Of a stretch of DNA of 64,000 bases, positions 40,971 to 54,880 are shown one piece after another. The translations under genes were made by a program, and so were the position numbers. Under the pieces are notes generated by a model, which had not been told where the DNA came from, made no database searches, and was given only the letters and a program-made list of their open reading frames with translations. The DNA is taken from NCBI GenBank assembly GCA_964016885.1, contig OZ024747.1, forward strand, positions 52,576,001 to 52,640,000, read 5' to 3'. This stretch comes from Eledone cirrhosa (lineage: Eukaryota). The stretch's first letter is position 1. The number at the start of each line of letters is the position of its first letter.

Positions 40971-43900
40971 ACATAGAGAACCAGTACATAGGACAGAGTT
41001 GATGTAGGGTAAAACAGAGAGAACCAGTACATAGGACAGTGTTGGTGTAGAGTAAAACAGAGAGAACCAGTACATAGGAGAGTCAGAGTAGAGTAAAACA
41101 GAGAGAACCAGTACATGGAACAGAGACGGTGTAGAGTAAAACAGAGAGAACCAGTACACAGGACAGAGTTGGTGTAGAGTAAAACAGAGAGAACCAGTAC
41201 ATAGGGCAGAGTTGGTGTAGAGTAAAACAGAGAGAACCAGTACATAGGACAGAGTTGGTGTAGAGTAAAACAGAGAGAACCAGTACATAGGGCAGAGTTG
41301 GTGTAGAGTAAAACAAAGAGAACCAGTACATAGGGCAGAGTTGGTGTAGAGTAAAACAGAGAGAACCAGTACATAGGACAGAGTTGGTGTAGAGTAAAAC
41401 AGAGAGAACCAGTACATAGGGCAGAGTTGGTGTAGAGTAAAACAGAGAGAACCAGTACGTAGCACAGAGTCGGTGTAGAGTAAAACAGAGAGAACCAGTA
41501 CATAGGACAGTGTTGGTGTAGAGTAAAACAGAGAGAACCAGTACGTAGCACAGAGTCGGTGTAGAGTAAAACAGAGAGAACCAGTACATAGGACAGTGTT
41601 GGTGTAGAGTAAAACAGAGAGAACCAGTACGTAGCACAGAGTCGCTGTAGAGTAAAACAGAGAGAACTAGTACATAGGACAGAGTCAGAGTAGAGTAAAA
41701 CAGAGTGAGCCAGTACATAGAACAGAGTCGGTGTAGAGTAAAACAGAGAGAACCAGTACATAGGACAGAGTCACTGTAGAGTAAAACAGAGAACTAGTAC
41801 ATAGGACAGAGTCAGAGTAGAGTAAAACAGAGAGAACCAGTACATAGGACAGAGTCGGTGTAGAGTAAAACAGAGAGAACCAGTACATAGGACAGAGTTG
41901 ATGTAGGGTAAAACAGAGAGAACCAGTACGTAGGACAGAGTTGGTGTAGTGTAAAACAGAGAGAACCAGTACATAGGACAGAGTCGGTGTAGAGTAAAAC
42001 ATAGAGAACACGTACATAGGACAGAGTTGATGTAGGGTAAAACAGAGAGAACCAGTACATAGGACAGAGTTGGTGTAGAGTAAAACAGAGAGAACCAGTA
42101 CATAGGAGAGTCAGAGTAGAGTAAAACAAAGAGAACCAGTACATAGGACAGAGTTGGTGAAGAGTAAAACAGAGAGAACCAGTACACAGGACAGAGTTGG
42201 TGTAGAGTAAAACAGAGAGAACCAGTACATATGACAGAGTAGGTGTAGAGTAAAACAGAGAGAACCAGTACATAGGACAGAGTCGGTGTAGAGTAAAACA
42301 GAGAGAACCAGTACATAGGACAGTGTTGGTGTAGAGTAAAACAGAGAGAACCAGTACATAGGACAGAGTAGCTGTAGTGTAAAACAGAGAACAGAGAGAA
42401 GCAGTACATAGGACAGAGTCGGTGTAGAGTAAAACAGAGAGAACCAGTACGTAGCACAGAGTCGGTGTAGAGTAAAACAGAGAGAACCAGTACATAGGAC
42501 AGTGTTGGTGTAGAGTAAAACAGAGAGAACCAGTACGTAGCACAGAGTCGGTGTAGAGTAAAACAGAGAGAACCAGTACGTAACACAGAGTCGGTGTAGA
42601 GTAAAACAGAGAGAACCAGTACATAGGACAGTGTTGGTGTAGAGTAAAACAGAGAGAACCAGTACATAGGACAGTGTTGGTGTAGAGTAAAACAGAGAAA
42701 ACCAGTACGTAGCACAGTGTTGGTGTAGAGTAAAACAGAGAGCAGCAGTACGTAGCACAGAGTCGCTGTAGAGTAAAACAGAGAGAACCAGTACATAGAA
42801 CAGAGTCGGTGTAGAGTAAAACAGAGAGAACCAGTACATAGGACAGAGTCACTGTAGAGTAAAACAGAGAGAACTAGTACATAGGACAGAGTCAGAGTAG
42901 AGTAAAACAGAGAGAACCAGTACATAGGACAGAGTCGGTGTAGAGTAAAACAGAGAGAACCAGTACATAGGACAGAGTTGATGTAGGGTAAAACAGAGAG
43001 AACTAGTACATAGGACAGAGTTGGTGTAGTGTAAAACAGAGAGAACCAGTACATAGGACAGAGTCGGTGTAGAGTAAAACATAGAGAACCAGTACATAGG
43101 ACAGAGTTGATGTAGGGTAAAACAGAGAGAACCAGTACATAGGACAGTGTTGGTGTAGAGTAAAACAGAGAGAACCAGTACATAGGAGAGTCAGAGTAGA
43201 GTAAAACAGAGAGAACCAGTACATGGAACAGAGACGGTGTAGAGTAAAACAGAGAGAACCAGTACACAGGACAGAGTTGGTGTAGAGTAAAACAGAGAGA
43301 ACCAGTACATAGGGCAGAGTTGGTGTAGAGTAAAACAGAGAGAACCAGTACATAGGGCAGAGTTGGTGTAGAGTAAAACAAAGAGAACCAGTACATAGGG
43401 CAGAGTTGGTGTAGAGTAAAACAGAGAGAACCAGTACATAGGACAGAGTTGGTGTAGAGTAAAACAGAGAGAACCAGTACATAGGGCAGAGTTGGTGTAG
43501 AGTAAAACAGAGAGAACCAGTACGTAGCACAGAGTCGGTGTAGAGTAAAACAGAGAGAACCAGTACATAGGACAGTGTTGGTGTAGAGTAAAACAGAGAG
43601 AACCAGTACGTAGCACAGAGTCGGTGTAGAGTAAAACAGAGAGAACCAGTACATAGGACAGTGTTGGTGTAGAGTAAAACAGAGAGAACCAGTACGTAGC
43701 ACAGAGTCGGTGTAGAGTAAAACAGAGAGAACCAGTACATAGGACAGTGTTGGTGTAGAGTAAAACAGAGAGAACCAGTACGTAGCACAGAGTCGCTGTA
43801 GAGTAAAACAGAGAGAACTAGTACATAGGACAGAGTCAGAGTAGAGTAAAACAGAGTGAGCCAGTACATAGAACAGAGTCGGTGTAGAGTAAAACAGAGA

Positions 43901-46900
43901 GAACCAGTACGTAGCACAGAGTCGCTGTAGAGTAAAACAGAGAGAACCAGTACATAGAACAGAGTCGGTGTAGAGTAAAACAGAGAGAACCAGTACATAG
44001 GACAGAGTCACTGTAGAGTAAAACAGAGAACTAGTACATAGGACAGAGTCAGAGTAGAGTAAAACAGAGAGAACCAGTACATAGGACAGAGTCACTGTAG
44101 AGTAAAACAGAGAACTAGTACATAGGACAGAGTCAGAGTAGAGTAAAACAGAGAGAACCAGTACGTAGCACAGTTGTGGTGTAGAGTAAAACAGAGAGAA
44201 CCAGTACGTAGCACAGAGTCGCTGTAGAGTAAAACAGAGAGAACCAGTACATAGAACAGAGTCGGTGTAGAGTAAAACAGAGAGAACCAGTACATAGGAC
44301 AGAGTCACTGTAGAGTAAAACAGAGAACTAGTACATAGGACAGAGTCAGAGTAGAGTAAAACAGAGAGAACCAGTACATAGGACAGAGTCGGTGTAGAGT
44401 AAAACAGAGAGAACCAGTACATAGGACAGAGTTGATGTAGGGTAAAACAGAGAGAACCAGTACGTAGGACAGAGTTGGTGTAGTGTAAAACAGAGAGAAC
44501 CAGTACATAGGACAGAGTCGGTGTAGAGTAAAACATAGAGAACACGTACATAGGACAGAGTTGATGTAGGGTAAAACAGAGAGAACCAGTACATAGGACA
44601 GAGTTGGTGTAGAGTAAAACAGAGAGAACCAGTACATAGGAGAGTCAGAGTAGAGTAAAACAGAGAGAACCAGTACATAGGACAGAGTTGGTGTAGAGTA
44701 AAACAGAGAGAACCAGTACACAGGACAGAGTTGGTGTAGAGTAAAACAGAGAGAACCAGTACATATGACAGAGTAGGTGTAGAGTAAAACAGAGAGAACC
44801 AGTACATAGGACAGAGTCGGTGTAGAGTAAAACAGAGAGAACCAGTACATAGGACAGTGTTGGTGTAGAGTAAAACAGAGAAAACCAGTACATAGGACAG
44901 AGTAGCTGTAGTGTAAAACAGAGAACAGAGAGAAGCAGTACATAGGACAGAGTCGGTGTAGAGTAAAACAGAGAGAACCAGTACGTAGCACAGAGTCGGT
45001 GTAGAGTAAAACAGAGAGAACCAGTACATAGGACAGTGTTGGTGTAGAGTAAAACAGAGAGAACCAGTACGTAGCACAGAGTCGGTGTAGAGTAAAACAG
45101 AGAGAACCAGTACGTAACACAGAGTCGGTGTAGAGTAAAACAGAGAGAACCAGTACATAGGACAGTGTTGGTGTAAAGTAAAACAGAGAGAACCAGTACA
45201 TAGGACAGTGTTGGTGTAGAGTAAAACAGAGAAAACCAGTACGTAGCACAGTGTTGGTGTAGAGTAAAACAGAGAGAACCAGTACGTAGCACAGAGTCGC
45301 TGTAGAGTAAAACAGAGAGAACCAGTACATAGAACAGAGTCGGTGTAGAGTAAAACAGAGAGAACCAGTACATAGGACAGAGTCACTGTAGAGTAAAACA
45401 GAGAGAACTAGTACATAGGACAGAGTCAGAGTAGAGTAAAACAGAGAGAACCAGTACATAGGACAGAGTCGGTGTAGAGTAAAACAGAGAGAACCAGTAC
45501 ATAGGACAGAGTTGATGTAGGGTAAAACAGAGAGAACTAGTACATAGGACAGAGTTGGTGTAGTGTAAAACAGAGAGAACCAGTACATAGGACAGAGTCG
45601 GTGTAGAGTAAAACATAGAGAACCAGTACATAGGACAGAGTTGATGTAGGGTAAAACAGAGAGAACCAGTACATAGGACAGTGTTGGTGTAGAGTAAAAC
45701 AGAGAGAACCAGTACATAGGAGAGTCAGAGTAGAGTAAAACAGAGAGAACCAGTACATGGAACAGAGACGGTGTAGAGTAAAACAGAGAGAACCAGTACA
45801 CAGGACAGAGTTGGTGTAGAGTAAAACAGAGAGAACCAGTACATAGGGCAGAGTTGGTGTAGAGTAAAACAGAGAGAACCAGTACATAGGACAGAGTTGG
45901 TGTAGAGTAAAACAGAGAGAACCAGTACATAGGGCAGAGTTGGTGTAGAGTAAAACAAAGAGAACCAGTACATAGGGCAGAGTTGGTGTAGAGTAAAACA
46001 GAGAGAACCAGTACATAGGACAGAGTTGGTGTAGAGTAAAACAGAGAGAACCAGTACATAGGGCAGAGTTGGTGTAGAGTAAAACAGAGAGAACCAGTAC
46101 GTAGCACAGAGTCGGTGTAGAGTAAAACAGAGAGAACCAGTACATAGGACAGTGTTGGTGTAGAGTAAAACAGAGAGAACCAGTACGTAGCACAGAGTCG
46201 GTGTAGAGTAAAACAGAGAGAACCAGTACATAGGACAGTGTTGGTGTAGAGTAAAACAGAGAGAACCAGTACGTAGCACAGAGTCGCTGTAGAGTAAAAC
46301 AGAGAGAACTAGTACATAGGACAGAGTCAGAGTAGAGTAAAACAGAGTGAGCCAGTACATAGAACAGAGTCGGTGTAGAGTAAAACAGAGAGAACCAGTA
46401 CATAGGACAGAGTCACTGTAGAGTAAAACAGAGAGAACCAGTACGTAGCACAGTTGTGGTGTAGAGTAAAACAGAGAGAACCAGTACGTAGCACAGAGTC
46501 GCTGTAGAGTAAAACAGAGAGAACCAGTACATAGAACAGAGTCGGTGTAGAGTAAAACAGAGAGAACCAGTACATAGGACAGAGTCACTGTAGAGTAAAA
46601 CAGAGAACTAGTACATAGGACAGAGTCAGAGTAGAGTAAAACAGAGAGAACCAGTACATAGGACAGAGTCGGTGTAGAGTAAAACAGAGAGAACCAGTAC
46701 ATAGGACAGAGTTGATGTAGGGTAAAACAGAGAGAACCAGTACGTAGGACAGAGTTGGTGTAGTGTAAAACAGAGAGAACCAGTACATAGGACAGAGTCG
46801 GTGTAGAGTAAAACATAGAGAACACGTACATAGGACAGAGTTGATGTAGGGTAAAACAGAGAGAACCAGTACATAGGACAGAGTTGGTGTAGAGTAAAAC

Positions 46901-47200
46901 AGAGAGAACCAGTACATAGGAGAGTCAGAGTAGAGTAAAACAGAGAGAACCAGTACATAGGACAGAGTTGGTGTAGAGTAAAACAGAGAGAACCAGTACA
47001 CAGGACAGAGTTGGTGTAGAGTAAAACAGAGAGAACCAGTACATATGACAGAGTAGGTGTAGAGTAAAACAGACAGAACCAGTACATAGGACAGAGTCGG
47101 TGTAGAGTAAAACAGAGAGAACCAGTACATAGGACAGTGTTGGTGTAGAGTAAAACAGAGAGAACCAGTACATAGGACAGAGTAGCTGTAGTGTAAAACA
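39600..47200. repeat. Higher-order repeat of ~2.1-2.5-kb units (offsets 2108, 2534, 2280; 4642 between the most similar copies)
   Basis: ORF-track copies lie at 39704/41812/44346, 40741/42849/45383 and 40895..41761/45537..46403. Markers ACATGGAAC (~41113, ~43221, ~45755) and AAACAAAGAG are shared among the copies. Confidence 0.85.
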
Positions 47201-50200
47201 GAGAACAGAGAGAACCAGTACATAGGACAGTGTTGGTGTAGAGTAAAACAGAGAGAACCAGTACGTAGCACAGAGTCGGTGTAGAGTAAAACAGAGAGAA
47301 CCAGTACATAGGACAGTGTTGGTGTAGAGTAAAACAGAGAGAACCAGTACGTAGCACAGAGTCGGTGTAGAGTAAAACAGAGAGAACCAGTACGTAGCAC
47401 AGAGTCGGTGTAGAGTAAAACAGAGAGAACCAGTACGTAGCACAGAGTCGGTGTAGAGTAAAACAGAGAGAACCAGTACATAGGACAGTGTTGGTGTAGA
47501 GTAAAACAGAGAGAACCAGTACATAGGACAGTGTTGGTGTAGAGTAAAACAGAGAGAACCAGTACGTAGCACAGTGTTGGTGTAGAGTAAAACAGAGAGA
47601 ACCAGTACGTAGAAAAGAGTCGATGTAGAGTAAAACAGAGAGAACCAGTACATAGGACAGTGTTGGTGTAGAGTAAAACAGAGAGAACCAGTACATAGGA
47701 CAGAGTCACTGTAGAGTAAAACAGAGAGAACCAGTACGTAGCACAGTTGTGGTGTAGAGTAAAACAGAGAGAACCAGTACGTAGCACAGAGTCGCTGTAG
47801 AGTAAAACAGAGAGAACCAGTACATAGAACAGAGTCGGTGTAGAGTAAAACAGAGAGAACCAGTACATAGGACAGAGTCACTGTAGAGTAAAACAGAGAA
47901 CTAGTACATAGGACAGAGTCAGAGTAGAGTAAAACAGAGAGAACCAGTACATAGGACAGAGTCGGTGTAGAGTAAAACATAGAGAACACGTACATAGGAC
48001 AGAGTTGATGTAGGGTAAAACAGAGAGAACCAGTACATAGGACAGAGTTGGTGTAGAGTAAAACAGAGAGAACCAGTACACAGGACAGAGTTGGTGTAGA
48101 GTAAAACAGAGAGAACCAGTACATATGACAGAGTAGGTGTAGAGTAAAACAGAGAGAACCAGTACATAGGACAGAGTCGGTGTAGAGTAAAACAGAGAGA
48201 ACCAGTACATAGGACAGTGTTGGTGTAGAGTAAAACAGAGAGAAGCAGTACATAGGACAGAGTAGCTGTAGTGTAAAACAGAGAACAGAGAGAACCAGTA
48301 CATAGGACAGTGTCGGTGTAGAGTAAAACAGAGAGAACCAGTACATAGGACAGTGTTGGTGTAGAGTAAAACAGAGAGAACCAGTACGTAGCACAGAGTC
48401 GGTGTAGAGTAAAACAGAGAGAACCAGTACGTAGCACAGTGTTGGTGTAGAGTAAAACAGAGAGAACCAGTACATAGGACAGAGTTGGTGTAGAGTAAAA
48501 CAGAGAGAACCAGTACATAGGAGAGTCAGAGTAGAGTAAAACAGAGAGAACCAGTACATAGGACAGAGTTGGTGTAGAGTAAAACAGAGAGAACCAGTAC
48601 ACAGGACAGAGTTGGTGTAGAGTAAAACAGAGAGAACCAGTACATATGACAGAGTAGGTGTAGAGTAAAACAGAGAGAACCAGTACATAGGACAGAGTCG
48701 GTGTAGAGTAAAACAGAGAGAACCAGTACATAGGACAGTGTTGGTGTAGAGTAAAACAGAGAGAACCAGTACATAGGACAGTGTCGGTGTAGAGTAAAAC
48801 AGAGGGAACCAGTACATAGGACAGTGTTGGTGTAGAGTAAAACAGAGAGAACCAGTACGTAGCACATAGTCGGTGTAGAGTAAAACAGAGAGAACCAGTA
48901 CGTAGCACAGTGTTGGTGTAGAGTAAAACAGAGAGAACCAGTACATAGGACAGTGTTGGTGTAGAGTAAAACAGAGAGAACCAGTACGTAGCACAGAGTC
49001 GGTGTAGAGTAAAACAGAGAGAACCAGTACGTAGCACAGAGTCGGTGTAGAGTAAAACAGAGAGAACCAGTACATAGGACAGTGTTGGTGTAGAGTAAAA
49101 CAGAGAGAACCAGTACGTAGCACAGAGTCGGTGTAGAGTAAAACAGAGAGAACCAGTACGTAGCACAGAGTCGCTGTAGAGTAAAACAGAGAGAACCAGT
49201 ACATAGAACAGAGTCGGTGTAGAGTAAAACAGAGAGAACCAGTACATAGGACAGAGTCACTGTAGAGTAAAACAGAGAACTAGTACATAGGACAGAGTCA
49301 GAGTAGAGTAAAACAGAGAGAACCAGTACATAGGACAGAGTTGATGTAGGGTAAAACAGAGAGAACCAGTACATAGGACAGAGTTGGTGTAGTGTAAAAC
49401 AGAGAGAACCAGTACATAGGACAGAGTCGGTGTAGAGTAAAACATAGAGAACACGTACATAGGACAGAGTTGATGTAGGGTAAAACAGAGAGAACCAGTA
49501 CATAGGACAGAGTTGGTGTAGAGTAAAACAGAGAGAACCAGTACATAGGAGAGTCAGAGTAGAGTAAAACAGAGAGAACCAGTACATAGGACAGAGTTGG
49601 TGTAGAGTAAAATAGAGAGAACCAGTACATATGACAGAGTAGGTGTAGAGTAAAACAGAGAGAACCAGTACATAGGACAGAGTCGGTGTAGAGTAAAACA
49701 GAGAGAACCAGTACACAGGACAGAGTTGGTGTAGAGTAAAACAGAGAGAACCAGTACATAGGGCAGAGTTGGTGTAGAGTAAAACAGAGAGAACCAGTAC
49801 ATAGGACAGAGTTGGTGTAGAGTAAAACAGAGAGAACCAGTACATAGGGCAGAGTTGGTGTAGAGTAAAACAGAGAGAACCAGTACATAGGGCAGAGTTG
49901 GTGTAGAGTAAAACAGAGAGAACCAGTACATAGGACAGAGTTGGTGTAGAGTAAAACAGAGAGAACCAGTACATAGGGCAGAGTTGGTGTAGAGTAAAAC
50001 AGAGAGAACCAGTACATAGGGCAGAGTTGGTGTAGAGTAAAACAGGGAGAACCAGTACATAGGGCAGAGTTGGTGTAGAGTAAAACAGAGAGAACCAGTA
50101 CATAGGGCAGAGTTGGTGTAGAGTAAAACAGAGAGAACCAGTACATAGGACAGAGTTGGTGTAGAGTAAAACAGAGAGAACCAGTACATAGGGCAGAGTT

Positions 50201-50569
50201 GGTGTAGAGTAAAACAGAGAGAACCAGTACATAGGGCAGAGTTGGTGTAGAGTAAAACAGAGAGAACCAGTACATATGACAGAGTAGGTGTAGAGTAAAA
50301 CAGAGAACCAGTACATAGGATAGTGTTGGTGTAGAGTAAAACAGAGAGAACCAGTACATAGGACAGTGTTGGTGTAGAGTAAAACAGAGAGAACCAGTAC
50401 ATAGGACAGAGTAGGTGTAGTGTAAAACAGAGAACAGAGAGAACCAGTACATAGGACAGTGTTGGTGTAGAGTAAAACAGAGAGAACCAGTACGTAGCAC
50501 AGAGTCGGTGTAGAGTAAAACAGAGAGAAACAGTACGTAGCACAGAGTCGGTGTAGAGTAAAACAGAGA

Positions 50570-53500
50570 GAACCAGTACATAGGACAGTGTTGGTGTAGA
50601 GTAAAACAGAGAGAACCAGTACATAGGACAGTGTTGGTGTAGAGTAAAACAGAGAGAACCAGTACGTAGCACAGAGTCGCTGTAGAGTAAAACAGAGAGA
50701 ACCAGTACATAGGACAGTGTTGGTGTAGAGTAAAACAGAGAGAACCAGTACATAGGACAGAGTCACTGTAGAGTAAAACAGAGAGAACTAGTACATAGGA
50801 CAGAGTCAGAGTAGAGTAAAACAGAGTGAGCCAGTACATAGAACAGAGTCGGTGTAGAGTAAAACAGAGAGAACCAGTACATAGGACAGAGTCACTGTAG
50901 AGTAAAACAGAGAGAACCAGTACGTAGCACAGTTGTGGTGTAGAGTAAAACAGAGAGAACCAGTACGTAGCACAGAGTCGCTGTAGAGTAAAACAGAGAG
51001 AACCAGTACATAGAACAGAGTCGGTGTAGAGTAAAACAGAGAGAACCAGTACATAGGACAGAGTCACTGTAGAGTAAAACAGAGAACTAGTACATAGGAC
51101 AGAGTCAGAGTAGAGTAAAACAGAGAGAACCAGTACATAGGACAGAGTCGGTGTAGAGTAAAACAGAGAGAACCAGTACATAGGACAGAGTTGATGTAGG
51201 GTAAAACAGAGAGAACCAGTACATAGGACAGAGTTGGTGTAGTGTAAAACAGAGAGAACCAGTACATAGGACAGAGTTGGCGTAGAGTAAAACATAGAGA
51301 ACACGTACATAGGACAGAGTTGGTGTAGTGTAAAACAGAGAGAACCAGTACATAGGACAGTGTCGGTGTAGAGTAAAACAGAGAGAACCTGTACATAGGA
51401 CAGTGTCGGTGTAGAGTAAAACAGAGAGAACCAGTACATAGGACAGAGTTGGTGTAGTGTAAAACAGAGAGAACCAGTACATAGGACAGTGTTGGTGTAG
51501 AGTAAAACAGAGAGAACCAGTACGTAGCACAGAGTCGGTGTAGAGTAAAACAGAGAGAACCAGTACGTAGCACAGAGTCGGTGTAGAGTAAAACAGAGAG
51601 AACCAGTACGTAGCACAGAGTCGGTGTAGAGTAAAACAGAGAGAACCAGTACATATGACAGAGTAGGTGTAGAGTAAAACAGAGAGAACCAGTACATAGG
51701 ACAGAGTCGGTGTAGAGTAAAACAGAGAGAACCAGTACATAGGACAGTGTTGGTGTAGAGTAAAACAGAGAGAACCAGTACATAGGACAGAGTAGCTGTA
51801 GTGTAAAACAGAGAACAGAGAGAACCAGTACATAGGACAGTGTTGGTGTAGAGTAAAACAGAGAGAACCAGTACGTAGCACAGAGTCGGTGTAGAGTAAA
51901 ACAGAGAGAACCAGTACGTAGGACAGAGTCACTGTAGAGTAAAACAGAGAGAACCAGTACGTAGCACAGTTGTGGTGTAGAGTAAAACAGAGAGAACCAG
52001 TACGTAGCACAGAGTCGCTGTAGAGTAAAACAGAGAGAACCAGTACGTAGAAAAGAGTCGATGTAGAGTAAAACAGAGAGAACCAGTACATAGGACAGTG
52101 TTGGTGTAGAGTAAAACAGAGAGAACCAGTACATAGGACAGAGTCACTGTAGAGTAAAACAGAGAGAACCAGTACGTAGAAAAGAGTCGATGTAGAGTAA
52201 AACAGAGAGAACCAGTACATAGGACAGTGTTGGTGTAGAGTAAAACAGAGAGAACCAGTACATAGGACAGAGTCACTGTAGAGTAAAACAGAGAGAACCA
52301 GTACGTAGCACAGTTGTGGTGTAGAGTAAAACAGAGAGAACCAGTACGTAGCACAGAGTCGCTGTAGAGTAAAACAGAGAGAACCAGTACATAGGACAGT
52401 GTTGGTGTAGAGTAAAACAGAGAGAACCAGTACATAGGACAGAGTCGGTGTAGAGTAAAACAGAGAGAACTAGTACATAAACAGAGTCAGAGTAGAGTAA
52501 AACAGAGAGAACCAGTACATAGAACAGAGTCGGTGTAGAGTAAAACAGAGAGAACCAGTACATAGGACAGAGTCACTGTAGAGTAAAACAGAGAACTAGT
52601 ACATAGGACAGAGTCAGAGTAGAGTAAAACAGAGAGAACCAGTACACAGGACAGAGTTGGTGTAGAGTAAAACAGAGAGAACCAGTACATATGACAGAGT
52701 AGGTGTAGAGTAAAACAGAGAGAACCAGTACATAGGACAGTGTTGGTGTAGAGTAAAACAGAGAGAACCAGTACATAGGACAGTGTTGGTGTAGAGTAAA
52801 ACAGAGAGAACCAGTACGTAGCACAGAGTCGCTGTAGAGTAAAACAGAGAGAACCAGTACATAGGACAGTGTTGGTGTAGAGTAAAACAGAGAGAACCAG
52901 TACATAGGACAGAGTCACTGTAGAGTAAAACAGAGAGAACTAGTACATAGGACAGAGTCAGAGTAGAGTAAAACAGAGTGAGCCAGTACATAGAACAGAG
53001 TCGGTGTAGAGTAAAACAGAGAGAACCAGTACATAGGACAGAGTCACTGTAGAGTAAAACAGAGAGAACCAGTACGTAGCACAGTTGTGGTGTAGAGTAA
53101 AACAGAGAGAACCAGTACGTAGCACAGAGTCGCTGTAGAGTAAAACAGAGAGAACCAGTACATAGAACAGAGTCGGTGTAGAGTAAAACAGAGAGAACCA
53201 GTACATAGGACAGAGTCACTGTAGAGTAAAACAGAGAACTAGTACATAGGACAGAGTCAGAGTAGAGTAAAACAGAGAGAACCAGTACATAGGACAGAGT
53301 CGGTGTAGAGTAAAACAGAGAGAACCAGTACATAGGACAGAGTTGATGTAGGGTAAAACAGAGAGAACCAGTACATAGGACAGAGTTGGTGTAGTGTAAA
53401 ACAGAGAGAACCAGTACATAGGACAGAGTCGGTGTAGAGTAAAACATAGAGAACACGTACATAGGACAGAGTTGGTGTAGTGTAAAACAGAGAGAACCAG

Positions 53501-54880
53501 TACATAGGACAGTGTCGGTGTAGAGTAAAACAGAGAGAACCTGTACATAGGACAGTGTCGGTGTAGAGTAAAACAGAGAGAACCAGTACATAGGACAGAG
53601 TTGGTGTAGTGTAAAACAGAGAGAACCAGTACATAGGACAGTGTTGGTGTAGAGTAAAACAGAGAGAACCAGTACGTAGCACAGAGTCGGTGTAGAGTAA
53701 AACAGAGAGAACCAGTACGTAGCACAGAGTCGGTGTAGAGTAAAACAGAGAGAACCAGTACGTAGCACAGAGTCGGTGTAGAGTAAAACAGAGAGAACCA
53801 GTACATATGACAGAGTAGGTGTAGAGTAAAACAGAGAGAACCAGTACATAGGACAGAGTCGGTGTAGAGTAAAACAGAGAGAACCAGTACATAGGACAGT
53901 GTTGGTGTAGAGTAAAACAGAGAGAACCAGTACATAGGACAGAGTAGCTGTAGTGTAAAACAGAGAACAGAGAGAACCAGTACATAGGACAGTGTTGGTG
54001 TAGAGTAAAACAGAGAGAACCAGTACGTAGCACAGAGTCGGTGTAGAGTAAAACAGAGAGAACCAGTACGTAGGACAGAGTCACTGTAGAGTAAAACAGA
54101 GAGAACCAGTACGTAGCACAGTTGTGGTGTAGAGTAAAACAGAGAGAACCAGTACGTAGCACAGAGTCGCTGTAGAGTAAAACAGAGAGAACCAGTACGT
54201 AGAAAAGAGTCGATGTAGAGTAAAACAGAGAGAACCAGTACATAGGACAGTGTTGGTGTAGAGTAAAACAGAGAGAACCAGTACATAGGACAGAGTCACT
54301 GTAGAGTAAAACAGAGAGAACCAGTACGTAGAAAAGAGTCGATGTAGAGTAAAACAGAGAGAACCAGTACATAGGACAGTGTTGGTGTAGAGTAAAACAG
54401 AGAGAACCAGTACATAGGACAGAGTCACTGTAGAGTAAAACAGAGAGAACCAGTACGTAGCACAGTTGTGGTGTAGAGTAAAACAGAGAGAACCAGTACG
54501 TAGCACAGAGTCGCTGTAGAGTAAAACAGAGAGAACCAGTACATAGGACAGTGTTGGTGTAGAGTAAAACAGAGAGAACCAGTACATAGGACAGAGTCGG
54601 TGTAGAGTAAAACAGAGAGAACTAGTACATAAACAGAGTCAGAGTAGAGTAAAACAGAGAGAACCAGTACATAGAACAGAGTCGGTGTAGAGTAAAACAG
54701 AGAGAACCAGTACATAGGACAGAGTCACTGTAGAGTAAAACAGAGAACTAGTACATAGGACAGAGTCAGAGTAGAGTAAAACAGAGAGAACCAGTACACA
54801 GGACAGAGTTGGTGTAGAGTAAAACAGAGAGAACCAGTACATATGACAGAGTAGGTGTAGAGTAAAACAGAGAGAACCAG
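50570..54880. repeat. Tandem duplication with a 2152-bp (50-monomer) period
   Basis: ORF pairs 50806/52958, 51064/53216, 51929/54081 and 52273/54425 are all offset by 2152. Markers AACCTGTAC (~51386, ~53538) and TACATAAAC (~52474, ~54626) are shared. Confidence 0.9.
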